A stretch of 64,000 nucleotides of DNA from Thermodesulfobacteriota bacterium (GTDB lineage: Bacteria > Desulfobacterota > BSN033 > UBA1163), in the NCBI GenBank assembly GCA_035625415.1, contig DASPPQ010000032.1, positions 18,866 through 82,865 of the forward strand, written 5' to 3'. Below the pieces are notes generated by a model that was given only the letters and a program-made list of their open reading frames with translations, searched no databases and had not been told where the DNA came from. Positions 36,414 to 46,801 of this stretch are shown piece after piece (the stretch's first letter is position 1; every line of letters begins with the position of its first letter). Made by a program: the position numbers and the translations under genes.

Positions 36414-37331
36414 ATGAGTCTAAATAAGTTATCTTGCATTCTTGTCGTTTTAGTACTGGCATTCACATCCTGTACCCTGAAGGAGACTCAAGCTCCTCCC
36501 GTGGTTCAGCCACCGCCGGTTGTTCAACCTGCTCCTATACCGGCCAAGATCGCTTTGGTCTTAGGGGCAGGCTCATCAAAAGGGTTTGCCCATATCGGGG
36601 CGCTCAAGATCCTCGAAGAGAATAAAATACCGATTCACCTGATCGTGGGAACCAGTGCGGGGAGTGTCGTGGGGAGCCTTTATGCCTATGGCATGGATGC
36701 CTTCTCGCTTCAGAAGCTTTCTTTCTCGGTACAAAAAGACGATATTGTTGATCTTCTCTATATTCCGAGCAACGGGTTTATTAAGGGTGAGAAGCTCGAG
36801 GAATTCATCAACAAGACGGTGAATTATACTCCAATGGAAAAGTTAAAGATCCCCTTTTACGCCGTGGCTACGGATTTGGAAAGAGGTCAGGAGATGATCT
36901 TCGGAAAAGGCAACACGGGGACAGCGGTCAGAGCGAGTTGTTCCATCCCGGGGATTTTCAGGGCGGTAAGAATTTCTGATCGAATTTATGTGGATGGGGG
37001 GGTTGTCAGCCCGGTGGCTGTGGAGGCGGCAAAGAGACTTGGAGCGGATGTCGTCATTGCGGTGGATATTTCTTCGGCGGTTGATCGCACCCAGCCGGAG
37101 GGAACGATTGATACCATCCTGCAATCCATCAATATCATGTATTCAAAACTTGGTTCGATCCAGCTTGCCAAGGCGGATGTGGTCATCAAACCGAAAGTGG
37201 CCTACATCGGGTCAGCCGATTTTTCAAAAAGGCACGAGGCAATTCTGGAGGGAGAGAGGGCTGCGATCGGAGCCTTACCGCAAATTATGCAAATCATCAC
37301 TCAACTCCGGCAGGAAGGAAGATTGGAGTGA
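36414..37331 (+). CDS. Patatin-like phospholipase, lipoprotein
   Basis: Lipobox LAFTSC. Oxyanion motif GAGSSKG, nucleophile motif GTSAGS and catalytic DGG. Confidence 0.8.
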   Translation: MSLNKLSCILVVLVLAFTSCTLKETQAPPVVQPPPVVQPAPIPAKIALVLGAGSSKGFAHIGALKILEENKIPIHLIVGTSAGSVVGSLYAYGMDAFSLQKLSFSVQKDDIVDLLYIPSNGFIKGEKLEEFINKTVNYTPMEKLKIPFYAVATDLERGQEMIFGKGNTGTAVRASCSIPGIFRAVRISDRIYVDGGVVSPVAVEAAKRLGADVVIAVDISSAVDRTQPEGTIDTILQSINIMYSKLGSIQLAKADVVIKPKVAYIGSADFSKRHEAILEGERAAIGALPQIMQIITQLRQEGRLE

Positions 37332-37397
37332 AAAAGGCGAGCAGATAAAGACGGCAACTGGAGAGTTTCGGGTTACTACATCAAATGACGCCTTGGC

Positions 37398-38015
37398 TCA
37401 CCGGGAGCCGGGTTTATTGCCGATTCGACGCACGGACTCGTTAAGCCCGGCTTTAGTCTTGAGTTCCCCGTATCTGAAACAACCCACGACATGATCGTTT
37501 ACCATGCCGACTGCTTGCATGAATGCATAACAAATAGTTGTCCCAACAAACTTGAATCCTCTTCTCTTCAAATCCTTACTCATGGCATCAGATTCTGGAG
37601 TGCTAGAGGGAATATCCGTTATCTTTTTCCATGAATTCCGGATTGTTTTTCCTTTAACGAACTGCCAAATGTAATTGTCAAAACTTCCAAATTCTTTCTG
37701 TAACTGCAGAAACGCTCTGGCGTTAGTGATCGTCGCGCTGATTTTAAGCCTATTTCTTATGATCTCAGAGTTGTGCAGTAACCTAGGAATGTCAGCCTGT
37801 GAGTATTTGGAAATCTTCCGGGCATCGAAGTTATTAAAAGCCTTTCTGTAGCCTTCCCGCTTCTTGAGAATAGTAGACCAACTCAACCCCGCCTGCGCAC
37901 CTTCTAAAATAAGAAACTCGAACAGACTTCTGTCATCGTGGATGGGTACACCCCATTCATCGTCGTGATAGGACTGTTCGAGCTCGCCCCTGTCAGCCCA
38001 CTCACAACGTCTCAT
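37398..38015 (-). CDS. tag: DNA-3-methyladenine glycosylase I
   Basis: MRRCEWADRGELEQSYHDDEWGVP matches the Tag N-terminus. The ...FVGTTICYAFMQAVGMVNDH motif and a Zn-binding C...HxxxC pattern are present. Confidence 0.85.
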   Translation of the reverse strand: MRRCEWADRGELEQSYHDDEWGVPIHDDRSLFEFLILEGAQAGLSWSTILKKREGYRKAFNNFDARKISKYSQADIPRLLHNSEIIRNRLKISATITNARAFLQLQKEFGSFDNYIWQFVKGKTIRNSWKKITDIPSSTPESDAMSKDLKRRGFKFVGTTICYAFMQAVGMVNDHVVGCFRYGELKTKAGLNESVRRIGNKPGSR

Positions 38016-38058
38016 CTGCCGCCCTCGCTTGATTCCTTTGATGAATGACGACTGGAGT

Positions 38059-38298
38059 CAGCGGTGGCTTTTGGCCGTCCGCTGCACCTCATTAGGCAAG
38101 TGCCTTTCGATTTGCTCATAAGACAGAGAAGGAAGGCTTGCTTGCTTTCTGGCATGCTCAATCGTCATGGCAACCAAATTGCCAGAAGTATCGAGATCGA
38201 TGCAAATATTTTCATTTATCTCTTTGGTTTCAGCAACTTTACGGTCAGAAAACTCAACTAAGGCCGTATCGGTATCAGAGAAATACTTTTATCTTCAT
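38059..38298 (-). pseudogene. DUF2283-family antitoxin-like gene with a +1 frameshift
   Basis: ATG AAG ATA AAA G|TAT TTC reads MKIK, then one extra nucleotide shifts the frame into YFSDTDTALVEFSDRKVAETKEINENICIDLDTSGNLVAMTIEHA (DUF2283 pattern MKIxYD..DALYI...DxDxxGxLVGIEIL). It is not in the ORF track because of the frameshift. Confidence 0.5.
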
Positions 38299-38299
38299 T

Positions 38300-38488
38300 T
38301 CATTCCTCCCTTAAATCTCCTATCAAAAAAGCATTATGAACGGTTTCGCCATCTGGAAGCAAGATCACGCGGAGAAACCTACCCTCCTCCTTGATCTTTT
38401 TCCACTTTCGGACCCTCTTATCCGATTGAACCTCCATAAAGTCCGGATTCCTAATCGTCTCTTCAATCCATTCCGCCATTATTTCCAA
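38300..38488 (-). CDS. DUF4258-like small protein (putative toxin partner of DUF2283), possibly N-terminally short
   Basis: 62 aa. ...IRNPDFMEVQSDKRVRKWKKIKEEGRFLRVILLPDGETVHNAF fits the DUF4258 core. Its stop abuts the DUF2283-like start, the usual toxin-antitoxin operon layout. Confidence 0.4.
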   Translation of the reverse strand: MEIMAEWIEETIRNPDFMEVQSDKRVRKWKKIKEEGRFLRVILLPDGETVHNAFLIGDLREE

Positions 38489-38526
38489 TCAGCCCACTAA
38501 GACCGCCTTATTATCATTTTTTACGT

Positions 38527-39099
38527 ATGCTGTCTATAAAATACTTGATTGTATTCTGTAAAGATGTAACTGATATTGTCCTCATCTATCATCTCTTGCG
38601 AAAACATATCTTTGTTAAGGGGATAAAGGACACGTGGACTGAAGTTAGCTCCAATCTAACCACTTATTGGAAAAACACGCAGAAACAATTAATGGTCTAT
38701 CAAAGGGGAAAGGCGAGGGATTCTGGAAAACTCGACCGTGTGAGGATCGAGTTGACCGTATCCCGTGACCTCTTGAGAAAAAGAAGAATCCTTACTCTTG
38801 AGGACATGATTCGAGATATCAAATTCTCCGAAGCATGGCAGGAGGTACTCCGTTTTGAGCATTTCACGTCGCCCAATATGCCGGAAGATCGCAACTATTT
38901 AGCTAAAGACAGAGAAGGTAATTTTGACGCCTTCCAGCTTGAATATTTGGAGAGAAACAAAAGTGAGAAGGACATGGCAAAGTGTATGGAGAGTTTGAAG
39001 GAATTGGATTCATTTAAAGATCGCCTTTCAAATGTTGTAAAGGAATTCGATGAGAAATGGAAGTGGCCAGAATATTTATGTGTCCTTAACAGTAAGTAA
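38527..39099 (+). CDS. Hypothetical protein (AT-rich island)
   Basis: 190-aa ORF with coding-like composition. No motif recognised. Confidence 0.35.
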   Translation: MLSIKYLIVFCKDVTDIVLIYHLLRKHIFVKGIKDTWTEVSSNLTTYWKNTQKQLMVYQRGKARDSGKLDRVRIELTVSRDLLRKRRILTLEDMIRDIKFSEAWQEVLRFEHFTSPNMPEDRNYLAKDREGNFDAFQLEYLERNKSEKDMAKCMESLKELDSFKDRLSNVVKEFDEKWKWPEYLCVLNSK

Positions 39100-39126
39100 T
39101 TTGCAAGAAACTGTATCATTAAAGAT

Positions 39127-39612
39127 TCACCACCTCCGTGGAGGCAGCGACCTCAAATCAATCAAATCAATAAGAGTCTTGACAACATTGCTCTTTATTG
39201 TTTTTCCTTTATAAATATATTGAACATAACATTCCAGCGTGTATGAACCAGACACCATAGCGCCAGGAGTCTTAGTTTGAACTTGAATCTTTCCTGCTGC
39301 CACATAATCTTCATCTGTTACATTAACACAGTATGGACCGTCACCTGACCAGAAGAAACAAACTGTTTTTATCTCTCGTTCGTCGTCTGCCTGAAAACTA
39401 ACATTAACCACAAAAGGAGTGGTCATCGTGACAGAATCAGCCGCCGGCACCTCTATTCTTAATAATCTAACCTCGCCCTCTGCGAGAGGTCCGGTGGGCA
39501 CTGAGGCGCAAGAAGAAACTAATAAGAAGCCGCAACCTACTAAAACAGCAATTAAAGTAGACCTCATAGCTAAAAATCTTGCCCATCTCAACATTACCAT
39601 GAATGCCTTCAT
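39127..39612 (-). CDS. Hypothetical lipoprotein/secreted protein
   Basis: Signal peptide with lipobox-like LVGCGFLLVSSCAS. 161 aa with no recognisable domain. Confidence 0.4.
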   Translation of the reverse strand: MKAFMVMLRWARFLAMRSTLIAVLVGCGFLLVSSCASVPTGPLAEGEVRLLRIEVPAADSVTMTTPFVVNVSFQADDEREIKTVCFFWSGDGPYCVNVTDEDYVAAGKIQVQTKTPGAMVSGSYTLECYVQYIYKGKTIKSNVVKTLIDLIDLRSLPPRRW

Positions 39613-39874
39613 AGTGAGAGAAGATACCAGAAATGTTCAAAGAAGTCAAATAAGTAACAATCTGTTTTGTGGAAATTATCCTTTTATCAATTCCTTTTTC
39701 AAAAGGGAATCAGAGCAATGAATTTATCGATCTGGTAGGGATTGATTTAAGACACTGAATATACCAAATGTATCTATTTTAGGGCGTGTGTTTAGTTAAA
39801 GGGGTGAGAGAGAAATAATAAAGGCCATGAAATTTCGAGTAAACGTTTCATATGAATCACGACAAGATAAGATG

Positions 39875-40378
39875 CTATTTCCCACGGACCCTTTTTGGAC
39901 GTTTCCTCCCGCGCAAAGGAACCTTCTTTTCAGCCCTCTGTGCCGCTTTATCTTCGAGAAGCTTTCTTGCCTCACGACGGCCAAACTTTCGAAGCGCCAC
40001 GATCGCCGCTTTCTTTTTCATGCTTGGCTTAAACTGACCGCTCTCCCATTGATGCACTGCTCCGACGGTGACATCCGTCAGAACGGCCAACTCCTTTTGA
40101 GTGATGCCTAAATGTCTCCGCAGGCTTCGGATCAAGCGGGGAGAGAATCGCGACACCTGTACCTCTTCCGGAGCCGCCTCGAGAGGTTTCTTTCCTTTTT
40201 CCAACTCTTTTTGCTGACTGGTTGTAATTCGTTGAAGTGTTAAAACCGCTTTGCGAAGTTGCGAGACCACAGTTTTTAAGGACCGGACATCACGGCCCAA
40301 TGGAACAGAGATCTTTCGCACTTCCCGCTTTGCCAAACGGACAATTTCAGATTTGATAATTATCTCGAACTTTGCCAT
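39875..40378 (-). CDS. XRE-family helix-turn-helix DNA-binding protein with basic C-terminal tail
   Basis: HTH LGITQKELAVLTDVTVGAVHQWESGQ. The Lys/Arg-rich C-terminus reads RGRKRPKRVRGK. Confidence 0.55.
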   Translation of the reverse strand: MAKFEIIIKSEIVRLAKREVRKISVPLGRDVRSLKTVVSQLRKAVLTLQRITTSQQKELEKGKKPLEAAPEEVQVSRFSPRLIRSLRRHLGITQKELAVLTDVTVGAVHQWESGQFKPSMKKKAAIVALRKFGRREARKLLEDKAAQRAEKKVPLRGRKRPKRVRGK

Positions 40379-40829
40379 AAGTCCCCCTCCTTCGATTTTT
40401 CAATGAAAACCCGTCCATTCTCTAAAACCATCTAATCCATTATAGAAACAGGAACCTTTTGTCAAGCATTTTTTGTCCCCTGTAAGGATAAACTTTACCA
40501 TTCAAAAGAATTGTTAGCATAAACGATTATGGGTGAGACTGTCGAAAAAGTCCCCAGGCAGATTCTTGGGTGAGATGCAGAAAAAAATGACCTCACAGAA
40601 TGCACCACAATCAACGATCCCATAATTGCGAGGGGTCATGAGCCCCCCGAAAATCACCCATTAACTATGCTGGAGGGTTTTTCGACAGTCTCGGTTGTAA
40701 TCTGCACTATTAAGGCAAAATGACTTGCAGAAGATTACAGGGCAATCTTCGGACAAGTGACCCCAATATTCCGCCGAAAGATATTCAGGCAGGTCATGAC
40801 TTCATGGATAGGTCGCTAAAAACAGATGA

Positions 40830-40880
40830 GTTCGAATAAGCGTCATTCCGCAACTTCGCTACGGAATGACGCTTATTCGA
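40830..40880. repeat. Perfect 20-bp stem hairpin (ttcgaataagcgtcattccg-11 nt loop-cggaatgacgcttattcgaa) related to the gtcattcc repeat family
   Basis: Exact inverted repeat in the sequence. It contains the gtcattcc/ggaatgac termini of the REPIN-like family. Confidence 0.6.
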
Positions 40881-40984
40881 AAGCGAGTATAGCAATCAAA
40901 CTTAGAGGTGTGACGGTAAACCCCCTCTCTTTGGACGAGAGGAAGGGGTTAGTAGGCTGGTTTGGTAACCTAAAACTGGGGAAA

Positions 40985-41431
40985 TTATCGACATAACTTC
41001 CAATATAAGGCTCCTATTGAATGCTCTTGCCACACAGGAACCCACTCTTCCAGTTGTCGCCTGTGTATGTTGCTGAAAATAATCCCACCTTCTTCCGAAC
41101 AAATCATATAAAATCTCCTGCGACACTCCTTTTTCTTACAGTTTATTTCAGAAACGTTTATTTGGTACGCAGCTTTCTCGTATTCACTTCTTGTGAATCC
41201 CGAGGATCTCAATTCTTCTTTCGTATGGAAGACTTCTTTCCACCAAACTCTTATGATATTTTCTGGCAACCTATTAACGGTATCAGAGTCATAAAACAAA
41301 TCGGACTCTAAATCGTGCGAGAAGAATATCCAGTTCCAACTTTCTCCATATGCTTTCGTTTGAATCACTACGAGACCGATAACCACAAGCATGATTCCCC
41401 ATTTCATCCGGAATCGTCTCTTTTTGCTCAT
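40985..41431 (-). CDS. Hypothetical secreted protein
   Basis: N-terminal signal/TM segment MKWGIMLVVIGLVVIQTKAYG. 148 aa, Cys-containing, no recognisable domain. Confidence 0.35.
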   Translation of the reverse strand: MSKKRRFRMKWGIMLVVIGLVVIQTKAYGESWNWIFFSHDLESDLFYDSDTVNRLPENIIRVWWKEVFHTKEELRSSGFTRSEYEKAAYQINVSEINCKKKECRRRFYMICSEEGGIIFSNIHRRQLEEWVPVWQEHSIGALYWKLCR

Positions 41432-42588
41432 AACCTTTCCCTCCTCTGTTCGGATCTGTTTGTACGAGGTGACCTTAAAACAAAAGTGAATAAGAAGAGG
41501 TTAGGAATGACAAAAAATTTCCGAGAAAGTTAAAGCAACTAAGATAATTACCTTTTTTACCGCCTCCTTTTTTCTTGAGAGTCAACTCTCATTCTTTTAG
41601 GTATTCACTTTTTTACTGTTCTCAAGAATCGAGCCAAAGCTGAAAAGATTCAAGAAAAATTTTTGATAAGAATAGAATGAGATGGAATTACATTGAGTTA
41701 GAAAGAAGTAGGACAAAGACCAAAAAATATTATTCCTCAAGAAATGGATATGATAATGCTGAATATTTCTGCAGTACTCGTTAGCAGAGTTTCTTAAATG
41801 CTTAAGAATTATGCATATTTTATTGTTGAAAATGTAAACATTGCTCTGTTAATATTCTCAGCACTTTTAATTGGCAGTGTTAGTGTGTAAGTCTCAATTG
41901 AAAGTTTTTCTCTACTAGAAAAGATAATACTTATTTTTTATGCGGTTAGATTGTTAGCGGGGTATTGATGAACGGATTTAACGAACCGATAACGGGGGAT
42001 AGGGGGTCAAAATTCTCGGATGATGGGCCTTGTTGTTATGCTAACCCTCACAAATTTTTTATGTCATTTTTGATATTGAAATGTGAGGTTGTAGCTTTAT
42101 CTCCTTGTTTGATATGAGGTTTAAATCAAGGGTTATACAGTGGGTAATGCCGAGGAAGGGAAGGGCTAATGTCATATTGCAACCTTCAAGGAGGTGCGTA
42201 TAGTGGCAAGAACATCGGGCCATCGTAGGCGGGGAACTTCACATGATTTGAATCGGTAATCACCGGTGCTACTTTTCTTGACATACTAGTCCCTTTATTT
42301 TATATTGCCTCTGTTTTTGGCGGGCTTATCCATGGCAGCGGATGTTCTGGCTCCTATCAAGCGGAGGCCCAGGCATTGCGGTGCGCGCCGTCTTCGTGAA
42401 AACCGGGCAGTTGGGTCTAACGAGGGTCTGGTGCGGCATTTCCAAAATAGTTCGATATGATGATTCGGCCTAAATGGCACTCAGCAGCCAATCATGGGCA
42501 CGCTTCATATCGGAAACTTACGAGATGCTGCGCTGGAGAATCGAGGGATTTTCCCTGTCATTAATTTCAATGGAAGGAGGGTACGTCA

Positions 42589-43890
42589 ATGTTAGCCAAA
42601 AGTGCTAAGTCTATCATTATGTGTCTGGTGGTCGCGGGGTTCTTAATGGCAGCCATTAGTGCTGATGCTGTTGCAGCCGACCAGAAGGCAAAAATTCCGA
42701 CTGAGCCGATCAAGATAGGTTTTGTGGTTCCCCTGTCGGGAGTTGCTGCCACGCTTTCACCTAATGCCGGGATAAATGCCGGTCTGGCCGTCGATTATAT
42801 CAACAAGTACGAAAAGGGTATATTGGGCCGCCCTGTAAAGACGATCATATACGACGAAAAAAATGCTCAGAACGCAGTCGAGGTATTCGGAAAGCTGGTC
42901 GAGAATGACAAGGTTGAGGCGATCTTAGGGCTCCTCTCCTCCAGTAGCGGACTGGCCGTTGCCCCGCAGGTGGAGACGAAATGGAAAATACCGACTCTTT
43001 TCCTTGAATCGACGACCATGGCTCTGTTTACTAAGGTTATTCCCAATCCCACGTATGTTTACAGAATCGGGCCCGATGATGTCATGCAATCAATGGCCCA
43101 TGTGACCGCAGTCCTCAAGGAGAAACCCAATTTAAAGACGATCGCCATAGGCGCTCCGGATTACGAATGGGGCCACGATGTGGTGAAACGTTTCCAGGAA
43201 ATTATGCAGAAGTTCAAACCCGACGTGAAGTTCGTATACACGTTCTTTCACCCGTTCGGGGAAGCAGGTCCTAACTTTTCTGCCTATATCACCAACGTCA
43301 TGCAGCATAAACCCGATGTCTACGTGGGATACTCTTGGGGTTCGGATGGAGTGGCCTGGCATAATCAAGCCGAAGCGATGGGACTCTACAAGAGGGTACC
43401 CCTGGTATTCGATGTCTTCAGTGGAACCGCCAAGGGAGAGATGGCGAGGGAAGGGGTACTGGGAGAAACCAGAGCAGGGAATGGTACCTTCCCTCCGTAT
43501 GTCTTGGGCTATCCGAACAGTAAGCTCACCCCCATGATCCTTGAGAAAACTGGCGTTCTACCCACATATGGAATGGACATCCATATGCTGACGGGTCTGC
43601 TTTATCTGAAGAAAGCGTACGAGAAAGTGTATGATTTAACCGGTCAATACCCTACGCCTGCAATGGTGGCAAAGATGCTGGATGGGTTATCCATCATGGG
43701 TCCCGATGGACTATCGTCGATGATCAATCACCAGTCGTCTGCTCCTGGCATGGCTGTCGGTAGACTTCACAAGGAGAAAAACGTCTGGGTTATGAAGGAT
43801 ATGATCTTTGTTCCCGATTATCTGAGGATTGTGCCGCCCTGGATGACTGTGGAACAGTTCATCAACAGTTTGGACAAGCTCGGAAGGTAG
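42589..43890 (+). CDS. Liv-type (type I periplasmic binding fold) ABC substrate-binding protein, module 1
   Basis: Signal peptide MLAKSAKSIIMCLVVAGFLMAAISADAVAAD. PIKIGFVVPLSGVAATLS...GILGRPVKTIIYDEKNAQNAVEVFGKLVENDKVEAILGLLSSSSG matches the LivK/Peripla_BP_6 family. Confidence 0.8.
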   Translation: MLAKSAKSIIMCLVVAGFLMAAISADAVAADQKAKIPTEPIKIGFVVPLSGVAATLSPNAGINAGLAVDYINKYEKGILGRPVKTIIYDEKNAQNAVEVFGKLVENDKVEAILGLLSSSSGLAVAPQVETKWKIPTLFLESTTMALFTKVIPNPTYVYRIGPDDVMQSMAHVTAVLKEKPNLKTIAIGAPDYEWGHDVVKRFQEIMQKFKPDVKFVYTFFHPFGEAGPNFSAYITNVMQHKPDVYVGYSWGSDGVAWHNQAEAMGLYKRVPLVFDVFSGTAKGEMAREGVLGETRAGNGTFPPYVLGYPNSKLTPMILEKTGVLPTYGMDIHMLTGLLYLKKAYEKVYDLTGQYPTPAMVAKMLDGLSIMGPDGLSSMINHQSSAPGMAVGRLHKEKNVWVMKDMIFVPDYLRIVPPWMTVEQFINSLDKLGR

Positions 43891-43926
43891 CGGCGGTACT
43901 CAAGCGATCATTGCCTGTGCTGTGGC

Positions 43927-44877
43927 ATGGCGCAGGCAATGATCCCCCTCATGGCACGCAGAGTGGCCCATTTTGAAAGACAGCCAATGCTCAGCACACT
44001 CTTTTCGTACGTCTTCAATTCCCTACCCATGGTCTCATACATCATCATGTTATCCTTTTCGTTAAACTTCATCTTATATATCTCCGGCCGGGTCTCCCTT
44101 ACCTTTGCCGGAATTTACCTGGTAGGAGCATACCTAACCGTTTCACTAAGTACGTTTTTATTAGGGAACAGTTTCTCTTTTTTGGCTTTTCTTGGGATTC
44201 TGCTTCTTGTAAGCCTATTGGGAGCAGCAATAGCGTTAGTCGTATACGGGGTATTTGAACGCTACCTGAAAACGGATGTTCACCGGATGATCGCTACTTC
44301 CTCATTGCTCATGGCTTTTAGCGGTGCAATCAAACTGAAATGGGGAACCACTCCGATTACCTATTCAGCTCCTTTCTTAGAAATGGGGACAACCGAAGTG
44401 CTCGGGAATTTTGTTTCCAACTATTACTTTTTCATGTTTGGGTTTGCCTTGGTGGTGATGCTTGTGCTGGCACTTTTTCTTCATAGGACCTCCTGGGGCT
44501 TGAGATTTCGTGCAAGTTCGCTGGACGGTGACAGGACAATGGCCCAGGTTTGTGGCGTGAACCAGAACGTCGTGACCATTATCACCTTCGCAATCACCGG
44601 GATATTGGCAAGCCTGGCCGGAGGTTTGTATGCTCCCATCGCTGGCGCTTCTTACGGAATTGAGGGCAATGCCCTTCTCCTGGCAGCACTCACGATCATC
44701 ATCGGTGGGGTCGGCAGCATAGGCGGAGCGGTCCTGACTGCTTTTATAATAGGAATCGCCAGAGTCGTCACCGCTGTTCAGATGCCAGTACTCGAACTTG
44801 CTATCCCGTTTATCATAGCCTCTGCAACATTGATGGTCAGGCCCTTCGGCCTATGGGGCAAAGAGTTCAAACATTGA
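43927..44877 (+). CDS. Liv-type ABC permease (LivH-like), module 1
   Basis: BPD_transp_2 family. The likely true start is MLSTLFSYVFNSL at 43987. Confidence 0.75.
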   Translation: MAQAMIPLMARRVAHFERQPMLSTLFSYVFNSLPMVSYIIMLSFSLNFILYISGRVSLTFAGIYLVGAYLTVSLSTFLLGNSFSFLAFLGILLLVSLLGAAIALVVYGVFERYLKTDVHRMIATSSLLMAFSGAIKLKWGTTPITYSAPFLEMGTTEVLGNFVSNYYFFMFGFALVVMLVLALFLHRTSWGLRFRASSLDGDRTMAQVCGVNQNVVTIITFAITGILASLAGGLYAPIAGASYGIEGNALLLAALTIIIGGVGSIGGAVLTAFIIGIARVVTAVQMPVLELAIPFIIASATLMVRPFGLWGKEFKH

Positions 44878-45018
44878 AAAACCCCCACCCAGCCGCTCCC
44901 CTCGAGAGACTGCGTCACAATCAAGCATGCGAGGGAGGAGGCAGTCGGGTTCCAAAGCTTTAGAACGCGGGTCTTTTAGGTATGGGAGACCGGCGTTGGA
45001 TGAAGCTAAGTCAAGCAG

Positions 45019-46044
45019 ATGAACCGTAAAGGAAGTATGGCGATTCGTTCTCGGGGCAGCAACGCCAAATTGATCGGAACACTGCTGTTAATAGCCATAG
45101 CGGTGGTTATCCCTTTTTTCATCAGCGGGTATCAGCGGACCTTGATACAAAAGTTCTTAATATGGACACCGGCAACCTTTGGGGTATATTTTCTGTATAA
45201 TCTTTTGCGTCAGGTTCATTTCGGTCAATCGATTTTTATCGGCATCGGCAGCTACATTATTGCTTTTTCAGCAGGAAAGTACGCGATCACCAACGAACTC
45301 ATGATATTGCTGCCCGCAGCCGTGGTCATCAGCATCTTCGTCGCCTACATATTGGGAATTTTCATCACCAAGAGGACGGGCTTTTACTTTGCGGTCATGG
45401 GTATTGCTGTCACCATGGTCTTCTGGTCACTCGTATACAAAGCGAGAGAAATAACCGGCGGCAGCGATGGTATCTCGCGTATCAAGAACCCGACCCTATT
45501 TACGGTACCACTAAACGATCTTGCCCTGTATTACTTATGCCTGCTCGTCTCAGTAGGGATGATCGTGCTGATGCTCCGGATCCTGAATTCGGCCTTTTCC
45601 CTTCAGCTTCGGGCAATTGCCGGAGACCTGGAAAAGGCCGAATCGATCGGTATTCCGGTGGATAGAATACAGAGGTTAGCATTTACGATTGCAGGAGTAA
45701 ACGCTGGAATCACCGGTGCTCTTCTTGCATTCACTTACAGCTACGTGAGCCCATCGACATTCGAGTGGGGGTATGGAGCCAACTTCGTTCAATCAGCCAT
45801 CATTGGAGGCGTCAATTCCGTCGCGGGTCCGATCGTTGGCGCATTCGGTTTTATCCATTTGGAATTCTTTATTTCTACATGGTTCGCCGACCTCTGGGAG
45901 ATCATTATCGGACTCAGCATAGCCATCATCGTTTTGACGGTAGGGGAAGAAGGGGTCACCGGCATTGCGCAAGCCGTCTTTGGCAAGATCAAAAGCAAAT
46001 TGAGAAGTCAGCAAGAGAGCACCGACGAGCATGTCAAATCATGA
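45019..46044 (+). CDS. Liv-type ABC permease (LivM-like), module 1
   Basis: 341-aa polytopic permease of the LivM family, in order after the LivH-like gene. Confidence 0.75.
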   Translation: MNRKGSMAIRSRGSNAKLIGTLLLIAIAVVIPFFISGYQRTLIQKFLIWTPATFGVYFLYNLLRQVHFGQSIFIGIGSYIIAFSAGKYAITNELMILLPAAVVISIFVAYILGIFITKRTGFYFAVMGIAVTMVFWSLVYKAREITGGSDGISRIKNPTLFTVPLNDLALYYLCLLVSVGMIVLMLRILNSAFSLQLRAIAGDLEKAESIGIPVDRIQRLAFTIAGVNAGITGALLAFTYSYVSPSTFEWGYGANFVQSAIIGGVNSVAGPIVGAFGFIHLEFFISTWFADLWEIIIGLSIAIIVLTVGEEGVTGIAQAVFGKIKSKLRSQQESTDEHVKS

Positions 46045-46801
46045 ACAGAAGCCGCATTTGATAAGCGTAAGTAAGCTGAGAAAACATTACGGTGAAGTAA
46101 AGGCCGTCGATGATATTTCTCTGGAAATTTCTGGAGGCCAAGTGATCACCCTCGTCGGCGCAAACGGCGCAGGCAAGACGACTTTGTTGAACCTGCTTAC
46201 GGGCTTGATCAGACCGGATCGCGGAGAGATCAGTTTACTTGGCGAAAAGATCACCGGGGTTCCGGCCGATCAAAGGGCCAAAAGAGGGGTTGTTAAAACT
46301 TTTCAGCTCGAACATGTATTTGGGGAAATGACGGTTTTTGATAATATGAGAGCTGCCTGCGTCTCAGCCGCAGGGAAGCATTATTCGATGTTCAAGGACA
46401 TCCAAAATGAAAAAGAGATCAATGAAAGAACCGAACATTTACTGGAGCTATTCGATCTATCAAGCGTGAAGGATAGTCTTGTGAAGAACCTGGGGCACGG
46501 TTATAGAAAAGTCATTGATATCGCCATGTGCTTTGCGATGAAACCCAGAATTCTATTGGTTGACGAGCCTACAAGCGGCGTGGGTGAAGAAGAAAAGTAT
46601 CGAACCATGGGTCTATTGATGGATCAAATACAAGCAAACAATCTCGCAGCGATCATCGTAGAACATGATCTTCAGCTCGTAAAGGAATTGTCGAAGGAGA
46701 CGATTGTTATGTGTGATGGGGAGTTCATCGCCAGAGGAACACCGGAACATGTATTCAGCCAGGAAAAGGTCATCGAGATCCTTGTTGGAAAAGGATTTTA
46801 A
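46031..46801 (+). CDS. Liv-type ABC ATPase (LivG-like) with degenerate signature motif, module 1
   Basis: Walker A GANGAGKTT and Walker B LLVDEPTSG. The LSGGQ position reads NLGHGYRKVIDIAMCF. Confidence 0.8.
   Translation: MSNHEQKPHLISVSKLRKHYGEVKAVDDISLEISGGQVITLVGANGAGKTTLLNLLTGLIRPDRGEISLLGEKITGVPADQRAKRGVVKTFQLEHVFGEMTVFDNMRAACVSAAGKHYSMFKDIQNEKEINERTEHLLELFDLSSVKDSLVKNLGHGYRKVIDIAMCFAMKPRILLVDEPTSGVGEEEKYRTMGLLMDQIQANNLAAIIVEHDLQLVKELSKETIVMCDGEFIARGTPEHVFSQEKVIEILVGKGF

Noticed and set aside
38064-38394. Two short plus-strand ORFs (65 and 75 aa) in the toxin-antitoxin region
   Set aside because: They are antisense to the DUF2283/DUF4258-like pair, which has recognisable family features. 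No motifs of their own.
42300-42588. Possible cobalamin riboswitch upstream of the corrinoid methyltransferase cluster
   Set aside because: A GTGAAAACCGGGC stretch resembles part of the B12 aptamer core. The B12-box (AGYCAGGAGACCTGCC-like) and the CCCGCCACTGT segment are absent.
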